NCBI GenBank assembly: GCA_902625365.1
Contig: CACOAX010000002.1
Location: forward strand, 468-64,467
DNA from: an uncultured Alphaproteobacteria bacterium
GTDB lineage: Bacteria > Pseudomonadota > Alphaproteobacteria > HIMB59 > GCA-002718135
Direction of reading: 5' to 3'
Length of the DNA stretch: 64,000 nt
Shown here: one piece after another, positions 37,547 through 46,724 of the stretch
Position numbering within the stretch: the first letter of the stretch is position 1
Layout: each line of letters begins with the position of its first letter
Made by a program: the position numbers and the translations under genes
The notes under the pieces: generated by a model
Databases searched by the model: none
What the model was told of the DNA's origin: nothing
The model's input: only the letters and a program-made list of their open reading frames with translations

Positions 37547-40500
37547 ATGAATTATACACCTTTTATGTCAGTTTTTGATGTTGATCCACCTATTATTGAT
37601 AATAAACATTTAATTAAATGGTTAAAGATTAATTTTTCTTTCTTAAGAAATAAATTACTCAAAATTAAACAACTTGATAGTGAAAGGGATATAAATTTTA
37701 TTATATTCATAAATAACAAAAAAAAATATGTATTGAAAATTTCAAACCCATCAGAAAAAATAAATATATTAAAATACCAAGATAGATTAATTAATTATTT
37801 ACGAAGTGATCTTAGTCTTAAATCTTTTATACCAAAAATACACCATACAAAGATTGTAAAATATTTAGATAAAAAAAATAGAGAATGCTTTGTTAGGATC
37901 TTGTCTTATATTGAAGGGCAAATGTACGGAGCTATAAAAAATACCGATAAGATTGAAAATTCTTTAGGTAAGTTACTTGGAAAAGTATCAAATAAGTTAC
38001 AAGCATTTAATGATATAGATGCTCATAGAAATTTTATTTGGGATCCATCAAATATAAAATGGATTAAAAAAGATATTAATATTTTTACTGGCTCAAAAAA
38101 ATCAATTTTATTAAAATGTTTTTCAGAATATCAAAAATTTGTAAAAAATAATTTAAATAAATTAAGATATTCAATAACTCATTCAGATCCAAATAATTAT
38201 AATATCGTTATTAAGGAAAACAATGTTTGTGGTTTACTAGATTATGGAGACTCTATTTATTCTCCAACAATAAATGATTTAGCTATATGTCTTTCATACG
38301 CATTAATGAATAATGACAACATTTATCTTACACTTAAAAATATAATAACAGAGTACAATAAACAGTTTTCTATTAATGAGGATGAAATTAATTCATTAAT
38401 ATCGCTATGTAAGTCAAGACTTATGATTACTGTTGTAATGGCAAAAAAACAAAGAATTAAATATCCATCAAATCAATATTTAAGTATTAGTGAGAAAGAT
38501 GCATGGTCTTTATTAGAAAAATTAGACAAAATTCCTATCAATTTTTTAATATATATTGTTCGTGAAATATGTGGCTTTGATATTATTCAGCATCATAATG
38601 AAATTATAAATTATATAAATAAATTCAACTTTGGTAATATTTTTAAATTTAATTTACTTGATAAAAATAAATCTATCTTGAAATTAAGTTCTGATTCACC
38701 TTTATTAAAAGGTAATCCAGATAATAGTTTGCTTAAAAAAAGAGTTAATAAAATATTTAAAGAAGATAATTCTCGTATAGGAATAGGTTTATACAATGAA
38801 AAAAGAAAAGTTTATAAGGGTCCTAACTTCATTTCTGAATTAAATACGAATGAAAGACGTAATATTCATTTAGGCGTAGATATCTTTATTGATCAGGGAA
38901 CAGATTTATTTGCACCAATAGAAGGTAAAATTTTAATTTTAAAAAATAATAATTTTAAATATGACTATGGTCCCACTCTAGTTTTAGAACATAGTTTTAA
39001 AAAATATAAATTTTATACTCTTTACGGTCATTTATCCAAAATAATGTTTCAAAAACTAAAAACTGGAAAAAAAATTAAGAAAGGTGACTGGATTGGTAAA
39101 ATTGGTAACTCTAATGAAAATGGAAAATGGTTACCACATTTACATTTTCAAATTATTTTAGATTTATTAGGACATGATAAGAATTTTCCAGGAGTAGGTG
39201 AAGAATTTTTATTCAATATTTGGAATAAAATTTCACCTGATCCAAATTTAATTCTACGAATTCCAAAATCGTTTTATTCTAATAATAATAATTTTAGAGA
39301 TACTTTAAAAAAAAGAAGAAAAAATATTTCAGATAATTTTTCAATTTCTTACAAGAACCCCCTTCATATGCTTGAAGCTAAAGATCAGTATTTTTTTGAT
39401 AGATATGGAAGAAGATACTTAGATTGTGTAAATAATATTTCCCATGTTGGGCATTCAAATTCTTATGTCCATGAAGCAATGACTCAACAAAATTTAAAAC
39501 TTAATACTAATACAAGATATCTTTACAATACAATTAATGATTATAGTGAATTACTTTTAAGTAAGTTTCCAAAGAAATTAAATAAGATATTTTTTGTATG
39601 CACAGGATCTGAAGCTAATGATTTAGCGTATAGAATAGCTCAAACTTATACTAATGCAAAAGATGTCTTTGTTATAGATAATGCTTATCATGGGCATACC
39701 AATGCTTTAATTGATCTGAGTCCTTATAAATTTAATAGTAAGGGTGGTTTAGGTAAAAAAGATTATGTTCACGTATTAGATATGCCTGATCCCTTAAGAG
39801 GTAAGTGGAAATATCAAAATTCAAATTGGATTAAAAAATATATAACTGAAGCTAAAACAGTAATTAGAAATAAAATTAAAGAAACCAAAATTGCATGTTT
39901 TTTTGCTGAAAGTATACTTGGTTGCGGTGGTCAAGTAATTCTTCCAAAAAATTATTTAAAAGAAATATTTTCAGAAATTAGAAGAAACAATGCTTTATGT
40001 ATCGTTGATGAGATACAAACTGGTTTCGGACGTGTTGGAAGAAATTTTTGGTCATTTGAAGAGCATGATGTCGTTCCTGATATAGTAACCTTAGGAAAAC
40101 CTATGGGTAATGGTCACCCTATAGCTGCTGTTATAACTACCGAAAAAATTGCTTCAACTTTTAATAACGGGATGGAATATTTTAATTCATTCGGTGGCAA
40201 TCCTGTTTCCTGCGCTATTGGTAAAGCAGTATTAGAGACTATTGATAATAATAAATTACAAAAAAATGCTTTGTTAGTTGGTAATTATTTTTTAAAAGAA
40301 TTAAAAAAAATTCAACTAAAATATAAAAAATATATTAGTGAAGTTAGAGGTAGAGGGCTTTTTTTAGGAATGGATATTATTCAAAATAGTAATATCTCTA
40401 AACCAAATAAAAAATTAGCTAAACTGCTTATTAATTATATGAGAAATCAAGGTATTTTATTGAGCACTGATGGCCCTTATGACAATGTTATTAAAATAAA

Positions 40501-40576
40501 ACCACCTCTTGTATTTACAAAATTAAATGTTGATCAGGTATGTAAAAATTTAGAAACTTTCTTTAAAAAATTATAA
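37547..40576 (+). CDS. Tri-domain fusion: APH/hydroxylysine-kinase-like phosphotransferase, M23 peptidase-like domain, and class-III aminotransferase-fold (AGXT2L/phospho-lyase-like) domain
   Basis: The kinase loop is HSDPNNYN plus LLDYGDS. The M23 motifs are HLGVD and PHLHFQ. The PLP domain has DEIQTGFGRVGRNFWSFEEH and DIVTLGKPMGNGHP. I prefer the ATG at 37547 because 37526 would overlap the divergent psuK start. Confidence 0.85.
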   Translation: MNYTPFMSVFDVDPPIIDNKHLIKWLKINFSFLRNKLLKIKQLDSERDINFIIFINNKKKYVLKISNPSEKINILKYQDRLINYLRSDLSLKSFIPKIHHTKIVKYLDKKNRECFVRILSYIEGQMYGAIKNTDKIENSLGKLLGKVSNKLQAFNDIDAHRNFIWDPSNIKWIKKDINIFTGSKKSILLKCFSEYQKFVKNNLNKLRYSITHSDPNNYNIVIKENNVCGLLDYGDSIYSPTINDLAICLSYALMNNDNIYLTLKNIITEYNKQFSINEDEINSLISLCKSRLMITVVMAKKQRIKYPSNQYLSISEKDAWSLLEKLDKIPINFLIYIVREICGFDIIQHHNEIINYINKFNFGNIFKFNLLDKNKSILKLSSDSPLLKGNPDNSLLKKRVNKIFKEDNSRIGIGLYNEKRKVYKGPNFISELNTNERRNIHLGVDIFIDQGTDLFAPIEGKILILKNNNFKYDYGPTLVLEHSFKKYKFYTLYGHLSKIMFQKLKTGKKIKKGDWIGKIGNSNENGKWLPHLHFQIILDLLGHDKNFPGVGEEFLFNIWNKISPDPNLILRIPKSFYSNNNNFRDTLKKRRKNISDNFSISYKNPLHMLEAKDQYFFDRYGRRYLDCVNNISHVGHSNSYVHEAMTQQNLKLNTNTRYLYNTINDYSELLLSKFPKKLNKIFFVCTGSEANDLAYRIAQTYTNAKDVFVIDNAYHGHTNALIDLSPYKFNSKGGLGKKDYVHVLDMPDPLRGKWKYQNSNWIKKYITEAKTVIRNKIKETKIACFFAESILGCGGQVILPKNYLKEIFSEIRRNNALCIVDEIQTGFGRVGRNFWSFEEHDVVPDIVTLGKPMGNGHPIAAVITTEKIASTFNNGMEYFNSFGGNPVSCAIGKAVLETIDNNKLQKNALLVGNYFLKELKKIQLKYKKYISEVRGRGLFLGMDIIQNSNISKPNKKLAKLLINYMRNQGILLSTDGPYDNVIKIKPPLVFTKLNVDQVCKNLETFFKKL

Positions 40577-41162
40577 AATATATTCCATAACTAATCATTA
40601 GCAGACCAATGGTTAGATCAATCCAAAACCATGTTTTATTTGAATAAATATATTTTGATAAAAACTTTGACATATATCCTAAAGAAAAGAAAAACAAAAA
40701 ACTAGCTGAAATTGCTCCAACGCCAAATAAAAATTGTTCATTAAAATTTGTTGATAATGATCCCAGCAAAATAATTGTATCTAGATAAACATGAGGATTT
40801 GCATATGTAATAAGAAATAAGGTAATTAATACTTTTCCGTATTCGTTAATTATATTTAATTCTTTTTTGATATCTTTAATTTGATTTAGTTTTATAACTT
40901 TATTTAATCCATAAAATATAAGCCAAATTCCACCTAATACTTTTACTATTCCAATAATACTTGGATTAATTTGAACAATATAATTAGATAGATATATTCC
41001 GATTACAATTAGTAAACTGTCAGATAGACTGCAAAATAAAGTGACTGTAAAAACATAAGATTTTTTAAGCCCTTGCTGAATTACAAATAAATTTTGAGGT
41101 CCTATTGCTATAATTAATGTTCCTCCAATTATTAATCCTTGGATAAAATCATAAATATGCAT
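40563..41162 (-). CDS. LysE/ArgO-family amino-acid exporter
   Basis: 199 aa with the N-terminal AIGPQNLFVIQQG motif and six TM segments. Confidence 0.85.
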   Translation of the reverse strand: MHIYDFIQGLIIGGTLIIAIGPQNLFVIQQGLKKSYVFTVTLFCSLSDSLLIVIGIYLSNYIVQINPSIIGIVKVLGGIWLIFYGLNKVIKLNQIKDIKKELNIINEYGKVLITLFLITYANPHVYLDTIILLGSLSTNFNEQFLFGVGAISASFLFFFSLGYMSKFLSKYIYSNKTWFWIDLTIGLLMISYGIYFIIF

Positions 41163-41197
41163 ATTGCTTAAAGTTATAATTACACTATTTTAAAATT

Positions 41198-41656
41198 ATG
41201 CACAAAATTATATTGTTTAGTTTATTTATTTTATTATCAAAAAATGTTTATGGAGAAATGATAAAACCTGATCCTTCAATTGGTCCTAAAGAAGTTATTC
41301 TAATTCAATTAAAGGCACTCCAAAACAATGATTTACCTTTTATTGATGCTGGAATTGAGCAAACTTGGGAATTTGCGCATCCTAATAATAGAATATACAC
41401 AGGCCCTCTAGAAAATTTTATTAGGATGATTAAGAATCCATCCTATGCAATGATGATTGACCATTTAGAGCACAATATAATTCCTGTTCAGGAACAAGAA
41501 AAAAGTTCATACTATTTTGTAGAACTTACAGATAGTAATGGAAAAAAATTTGGTTTCGAATGGACTGTAGAAAAAGTAGATCAAATTGGTGAGTTTAAAG
41601 ATTGTTGGATGACCATCGGTGTTTCTACACCAATGCCTTTATCACAAGCATCATAG
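41198..41656 (+). CDS. Exported DUF4864-like protein
   Basis: 152 aa with a signal peptide. IQLKALQNND...WEFAHPNNR resembles DUF4864 (NTF2-like). Confidence 0.6.
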   Translation: MHKIILFSLFILLSKNVYGEMIKPDPSIGPKEVILIQLKALQNNDLPFIDAGIEQTWEFAHPNNRIYTGPLENFIRMIKNPSYAMMIDHLEHNIIPVQEQEKSSYYFVELTDSNGKKFGFEWTVEKVDQIGEFKDCWMTIGVSTPMPLSQAS

Positions 41657-42312
41657 TGTGTGGGAGATTTACAAGTACTGAAGATAAAGAAAAAATTATA
41701 AAATTATTTCCTAACTCTGAAGTTTTAAACTACGCTCATAAGTCTTACAATATATCACCTTCAAATATCATTAATATCATTTATGAAAATAACCATAACC
41801 TTTTAATAGATACTTTTAGTTGGAGTTATAGTTTCTTTAGTAAACAAAATAATGTTACTCAATTTGTTATTAATGCAAGAATTGAAACGATTAATGACAA
41901 ATATTTATTTAAAGAATCATTTACTAAGAGAAAATGCCTTATTATTGCAAATGGATATTATGAATGGAAAAATATAAACAATCAAAAACAACCATATTTA
42001 ATATCAATCCCAAAAAATGAATTATTATTTTTAGGTGGAATTTGGAGAGAAGAAATCAGAGATAATAAGAAAACAAATGTTGCTTGTATAATTACTAAGG
42101 AAGCAAATGAAAAGCTTTCCCAAATACATAATAGAATGCCTCTTATTATGTCTCATAATGAGGGTCTTGATTTTCTAAATGATAATGAAAATGAATTTCT
42201 ATATAACAACAAAAGCATTATCGAGGATGATTTAGACTTTTATCCAGTATCAAAAATTGTAAATAATCCAAAAAATAATGATGAAAATTGCCTTAAGGAA
42301 ATATCTTTATAA
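41656..42312 (+). CDS. SOS-response-associated peptidase (SRAP/YedK) abasic-site processing protein
   Basis: From the GTG at 41656 the protein begins (M)CGRFT with the catalytic Cys at position 2. It also has NARIET, GYYEW and HNRMP motifs. Confidence 0.8.
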   Translation: MCGRFTSTEDKEKIIKLFPNSEVLNYAHKSYNISPSNIINIIYENNHNLLIDTFSWSYSFFSKQNNVTQFVINARIETINDKYLFKESFTKRKCLIIANGYYEWKNINNQKQPYLISIPKNELLFLGGIWREEIRDNKKTNVACIITKEANEKLSQIHNRMPLIMSHNEGLDFLNDNENEFLYNNKSIIEDDLDFYPVSKIVNNPKNNDENCLKEISL

Positions 42313-42369
42313 TATTTAAATTTTTTTATCGCTTTTATAATATTAATCAAATATATAATTTTTTTTTAA

Positions 42370-43308
42370 ATGAGCCATTTATTTTATAAACCTGCTAAAT
42401 CTAGATTACACAGAAGTGAATTGGCAGTTCCTGGGTCTAATCCAAAGATGTTTGAAAAAGCATTAAAATCAAATGCCGATTATATTTTTCTCGATTTAGA
42501 AGATGCAGTATCTCCAAATGATAAAATTGATGCAAGAAAAAATGTTATTAACGCAATAAAAGAATATAATTGGCGAGAAGAAGGTAAAACAATTTCTATA
42601 AGAATTAACGGCTTGGATACACACTATATGTATCGTGATGTGATCGAAATTATAGAAGAGGTCGGTGATATGGTTGATACATTATTAATTCCAAAAGTAG
42701 GCTCATCATCTGACGTATATATGGTTGACTGTATGCTTAATCAAATTGAACAAAATAAAAAATTTGAAAATCGAATAGGTTTAGAATGTTTAATTGAAAC
42801 AGCATTAGGAATGTCTAATATCCAATCAATAGCAACATCAAGTTCGAGACTAGAAGCATTACACTTTGGAGTTGCAGATTATGCAGCAAGTATGCGAGCA
42901 AGAACTGTTGTCATAGGAGGTTTAAATCCCGATTACCCTGGTGATCAATGGCACCATGGCTTATCAACTTTAGTAATGACCTGTAGATCATATGGGTTAA
43001 GAGCAATAGATGGTCCTTTTGGTGATTTTAATGACAAGGAAGGGTATCTTGATGCAGCAAAAAGAGCCGCAGCAATTGGTTTTGAAGGTAAATGGGCAAT
43101 ACATCCATCGCAAATAGATCTAGCTAATGAAGTTTTTTCTCCACCCAAAGAAGAAATAGATAAAGCAAAAAGAATATTATTAGAATTAGAAAAAGCAGCT
43201 GCTGAAGGAAAGGGCGCTGCTCAGCTTGATGGCAGAATGATCGATGCTGCATCCGCAAGAATGGCTGAAAATATTGTAAATATTAATAAATTAATTGAGA
43301 GCAAGTAA
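42370..43308 (+). CDS. mcl: L-malyl-CoA/beta-methylmalyl-CoA lyase (HpcH/CitE family)
   Basis: 312 aa. RLHRSELAVPGSNP, IRINGLDTHYMYRDV, FGVADYAAS and GFEGKWAIHPSQIDLANEVF are near-identical to my recollection of methylotroph MclA. Confidence 0.88.
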   Translation: MSHLFYKPAKSRLHRSELAVPGSNPKMFEKALKSNADYIFLDLEDAVSPNDKIDARKNVINAIKEYNWREEGKTISIRINGLDTHYMYRDVIEIIEEVGDMVDTLLIPKVGSSSDVYMVDCMLNQIEQNKKFENRIGLECLIETALGMSNIQSIATSSSRLEALHFGVADYAASMRARTVVIGGLNPDYPGDQWHHGLSTLVMTCRSYGLRAIDGPFGDFNDKEGYLDAAKRAAAIGFEGKWAIHPSQIDLANEVFSPPKEEIDKAKRILLELEKAAAEGKGAAQLDGRMIDAASARMAENIVNINKLIESK

Positions 43309-44471
43309 TGGACATACACGAATATCAAGCAAAAAAAATATTGTCTGATTTTGGTGTTAAAATTCCAACTGGTGGTATTGTTTATAGTCCAGAAAATGCA
43401 GAAAATAAAGCGAGAGAAATTGGTGGTTCTAAATGGGTTGTAAAAGCGCAAGTTCACTCTGGTGCTAGAGGTAAAGCGGGAGGAATTATATTATGTAATT
43501 CTCCATTAGAAGTTGCTGATGCAACTGATAAATTATTAGGTAAAAAATTAATTACAAACCAAACTGGTCCAGAAGGTAAAATAATAAATAGAATTTATAT
43601 TGAAGAAGCAACTGATATCAAACATGAATTATATTTAGGTTTAGTGTTTGATAGATCTTCAGAAAGTATAATGGTTGTAGCTTCAACAGAAGGTGGAATG
43701 AGTGTCGAAGAAATTTCAAAAGAAAAACCTGAAACAATTATACGATCTAAAATAGAAGTAGCAGTTGGCATTCAGCAATTTCAAGCAAGAGAAATAGCTT
43801 TTGGTTTGGGAATTGAATCCAAATTGATCTCAAGAGCTGCAAATACTATTATTGGTTGTTATAAAGCATTTAGTGAGCTTGATGCAACAATGGTTGAAGT
43901 TAACCCATTAGTTGTATCAAACCAAGATGAAATATTAGCATTAGATTGTAAAATGAGTTTTGATAATAATGCAATGTTTAGAAGAGATGAAATTGCAGAA
44001 CTTAGAGATAAAACACAGGAAAATTCTAACGAAGTTTATGCTTCTGACAGAGGAATGAATTATGTAAGCCTAGACGGGAATATTGGTAATATTATTAATG
44101 GTGCAGGTTTAGCAATGGCTTCAATGGACATGATAAAACTTGCCGGCGGTGAACCTGCAAATTTTCTAGATGTTGGTGGAGGGGCCACTCCTGAGAAAAT
44201 AGTTAAAGCTTTTAAGTTAATCTCTATGGACACAAAAGTTAAGGTAATTTTAGTTAATATTTTTGCAGGTATTAACAGATGTGATTGGGTTGCGGAAGGA
44301 ATCGTTCAAGCTTTATCAAAAATTGAAATTAAACATCCTTTAGTTATACGTTTAGCTGGAACGAACGTTGAAAAAGGAAATGAAATACTAAAAAAAAGCA
44401 ATATTAATTACATTGAAGCATCAACTTTGGAAGATGCAGCAAATAAAGCAGTAAAGGCTCTTGCACAATAA
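43308..44471 (+). CDS. mtkA: Malate--CoA ligase beta subunit (SucC homologue, MtkA-like)
   Basis: 387 aa with an ATP-grasp N-terminus MDIHEYQAK. QQFQAREIAF and NIFAGINRCDWVAEG match MtkA rather than the SucC wording as I recall it. It is coupled to mcl (TAATG). Confidence 0.8.
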   Translation: MDIHEYQAKKILSDFGVKIPTGGIVYSPENAENKAREIGGSKWVVKAQVHSGARGKAGGIILCNSPLEVADATDKLLGKKLITNQTGPEGKIINRIYIEEATDIKHELYLGLVFDRSSESIMVVASTEGGMSVEEISKEKPETIIRSKIEVAVGIQQFQAREIAFGLGIESKLISRAANTIIGCYKAFSELDATMVEVNPLVVSNQDEILALDCKMSFDNNAMFRRDEIAELRDKTQENSNEVYASDRGMNYVSLDGNIGNIINGAGLAMASMDMIKLAGGEPANFLDVGGGATPEKIVKAFKLISMDTKVKVILVNIFAGINRCDWVAEGIVQALSKIEIKHPLVIRLAGTNVEKGNEILKKSNINYIEASTLEDAANKAVKALAQ

Positions 44472-45367
44472 TGTCTATAATCATTCACAAAAATACAAAG
44501 ATTTTAGTCCAAGGTTTTACTGGAAAAATTGGAAGCTTTCATGCTGAAGAAATGATTAAGTATGGTTCAAACGTTGTTGGTGGAGTAACACCTGGAAAGG
44601 GAGGTATGACTCATTTGAATCTTCCTGTTTTTAATACTGTTAAAGAAGCTGTAGATCAAACGGGTGCATCAACGTCAATTTTATTTGTACCACCATCCTT
44701 TGCAGCAGACTCAGCAATGGAAGCTGCTGATGCAGGTATTAAAACTTGTGTGGCTATTACTGATGGTATACCTTCTCATGATATGGTTAAAATAAAAAGA
44801 TATATGAAAAGATACCCAAAAGATAAAAAAATGGGATTAGTAGGTCCGAATTGTGCAGGAATAATTAGCCCTGGTAAATCCATGTTAGGTATTATGCCAG
44901 GTCATATTTACAAAGAAGGTAAAATAGGAATAGTTAGTAGATCTGGTACTTTGGGATATGAAGCTGCACAACAACTTAAAGATTTAGAAATAGGTGTTTC
45001 AACAAGTGTTGGTATTGGAGGTGATCCAATAAATGGCAGTTCTTTTAGAGATATAATTGAAAAGTTCGAGAATGATGATGAAACAATTGCAGTTTTAATG
45101 ATAGGTGAAATAGGTGGTCCGCAAGAAGTAGAGGCTGGTAAATTTGCTAAAGAAAATATGAGTAAACCTGTAATTGCTTATATTGCAGGGTTAACTGCTC
45201 CTAAAGGTCGTGTTATGGGTCATGCTGGAGCTATAGTCTCTGCATATGGTGAAAGTGCGATTGAAAAAGTAGAACTTCTTAAAGAGTGTGGAGTTACGAT
45301 TTCCAAAAACCCTTCTGTAATGGGAGAGACCGTAAAAAAAGTATTGGTAGAAAATAAATTGAATTAA
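44471..45367 (+). CDS. mtkB: Malate--CoA ligase alpha subunit (SucD homologue, MtkB-like)
   Basis: 298 aa with CoA-binding VQGFTGKIGSFH and the phosphohistidine loop GHAGAIVS. Confidence 0.8.
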   Translation: MSIIIHKNTKILVQGFTGKIGSFHAEEMIKYGSNVVGGVTPGKGGMTHLNLPVFNTVKEAVDQTGASTSILFVPPSFAADSAMEAADAGIKTCVAITDGIPSHDMVKIKRYMKRYPKDKKMGLVGPNCAGIISPGKSMLGIMPGHIYKEGKIGIVSRSGTLGYEAAQQLKDLEIGVSTSVGIGGDPINGSSFRDIIEKFENDDETIAVLMIGEIGGPQEVEAGKFAKENMSKPVIAYIAGLTAPKGRVMGHAGAIVSAYGESAIEKVELLKECGVTISKNPSVMGETVKKVLVENKLN

Positions 45368-45382
45368 TATAATAAAATTAAA

Positions 45383-45520
45383 ATGAAATTTTTATATAAA
45401 AATGAATTTTGGATGCTTATATTTTCATTAGGTGTTCTTTACTGGCTATTTAATCCATCAGTTTTAATGACTTTGATTATGATAATACCTTTATTGTTAG
45501 CAGTTTCATCTAGAAAATAA
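45383..45520 (+). CDS. Possible 45-aa membrane peptide
   Basis: Not in the ORF track. Manual translation gives MKFLYKNEFWMLIFSLGVLYWLFNPSVLMTLIMIIPLLLAVSSRK. It occupies most of a 177-bp gap. Confidence 0.25.
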   Translation: MKFLYKNEFWMLIFSLGVLYWLFNPSVLMTLIMIIPLLLAVSSRK

Positions 45521-45544
45521 TTATTTTATATCTAATTAATATTT

Positions 45545-46132
45545 GTGAAAATTAATTATTATTTACTATATTTTATTGTTTTATTGTATTCACCATTTTC
45601 CTTATCAAATGAACATATTGAGTACGATGATTGGATTAAAAATGAAATTTTCTCAAAAAATTTAATAAAAAAAATTGATAATTTAATTAATTTAAAAGTT
45701 AATTCTAAAACTCAAAGTGAAAACCAAGCAAAAAAAATAAAAAAAATAATTATTTCAAATTTAAACTTTATTGCTAATTATCAAAATCAATATAAAAATT
45801 TAAGATCATTTTGTAGTAATCAAATTGGTGAAATAAATTTTGAATATTTTTTACTTGTTGAGAATTGTATCGAAAATAAAGATAAAAAATTAATGAATGA
45901 ATATTCATTATCTGAATTTGAATTTAATAATACCAAAAGTTTATTATTTGATAATGCAGAAAAATTTAAAATCAAATTTATTAGTTTGCATTCGCACGAA
46001 GTTAAAAAAGAAAACTATGATATAATAATGAAAAATTATAAAAATAATATTGAAGAAATAAACTATAAAATATTTGAAGATCAATTTAATATTTTATTAA
46101 TATATTTAGAAAATAAATATAAATTAAATTAA
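45545..46132 (+). CDS. Hypothetical exported protein (N/K-rich)
   Basis: 195 aa with a GTG start and a signal-like N-terminus. No motif recognised. Confidence 0.5.
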   Translation: MKINYYLLYFIVLLYSPFSLSNEHIEYDDWIKNEIFSKNLIKKIDNLINLKVNSKTQSENQAKKIKKIIISNLNFIANYQNQYKNLRSFCSNQIGEINFEYFLLVENCIENKDKKLMNEYSLSEFEFNNTKSLLFDNAEKFKIKFISLHSHEVKKENYDIIMKNYKNNIEEINYKIFEDQFNILLIYLENKYKLN

Positions 46133-46137
46133 TATTT

Positions 46138-46701
46138 ATGAAATTATATTTAATTAGACACGCTGAGTCTGAAGCTAACGCAGCATCAGATTTAGATAAT
46201 CCAACTTATTATTATGATGCAAGAATTACTCAAAGAGGAGTTGTGCAAGCAAAAAAATTAAATAATAGAATTAAAAATCTCAAATTTGATAATTATTTTT
46301 GTTCCCCCTTAACAAGAACATTGGAAACATTCTCTATTGTTTTTCCATCTAATAAACCTGTAATTGAACCTTTAATAAGAGAGCATTTGTACCACTCATG
46401 TGATGTAGGAAGACAACCAAAAAAATTAAAAAAAGAATTTAATAATTTTGATTTTAATAATTTAAATAATTTTTGGTGGAATAATAACAAACCTATTAAT
46501 GAAAAAAAAATTATACAAGAGTCTCACAATGATATTAAAATGAGATTAAGGTCTTTTCTGCTAACTATCAAAAACCTTAATTTACAAAAAATTGTATTAG
46601 TCAGTCATGGTACATTCTTAAGTCAAATAACTGAATATATGCTGGATAACTGTGAGGTATATGATTGTGAGTACAATGAGGTATACGAAAAATTCTTTTA
46701 A
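46138..46701 (+). CDS. Histidine phosphatase superfamily protein (phosphoglycerate mutase-like)
   Basis: 187 aa with the N-terminal LIRHAESEAN (RHG motif) and a distal SHG. Confidence 0.8.
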   Translation: MKLYLIRHAESEANAASDLDNPTYYYDARITQRGVVQAKKLNNRIKNLKFDNYFCSPLTRTLETFSIVFPSNKPVIEPLIREHLYHSCDVGRQPKKLKKEFNNFDFNNLNNFWWNNNKPINEKKIIQESHNDIKMRLRSFLLTIKNLNLQKIVLVSHGTFLSQITEYMLDNCEVYDCEYNEVYEKFF

Positions 46702-46724
46702 TTTAATTCTTAATAAATAATAAA

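Noticed and set aside
43308-45367. Reading the SucC/SucD homologues as housekeeping succinyl-CoA synthetase.
   Set aside because: They are translationally coupled to a malyl-CoA lyase rather than to mdh or sucAB, and they carry MtkA-like wording. I kept the malate thiokinase call, but it needs phylogeny to confirm.
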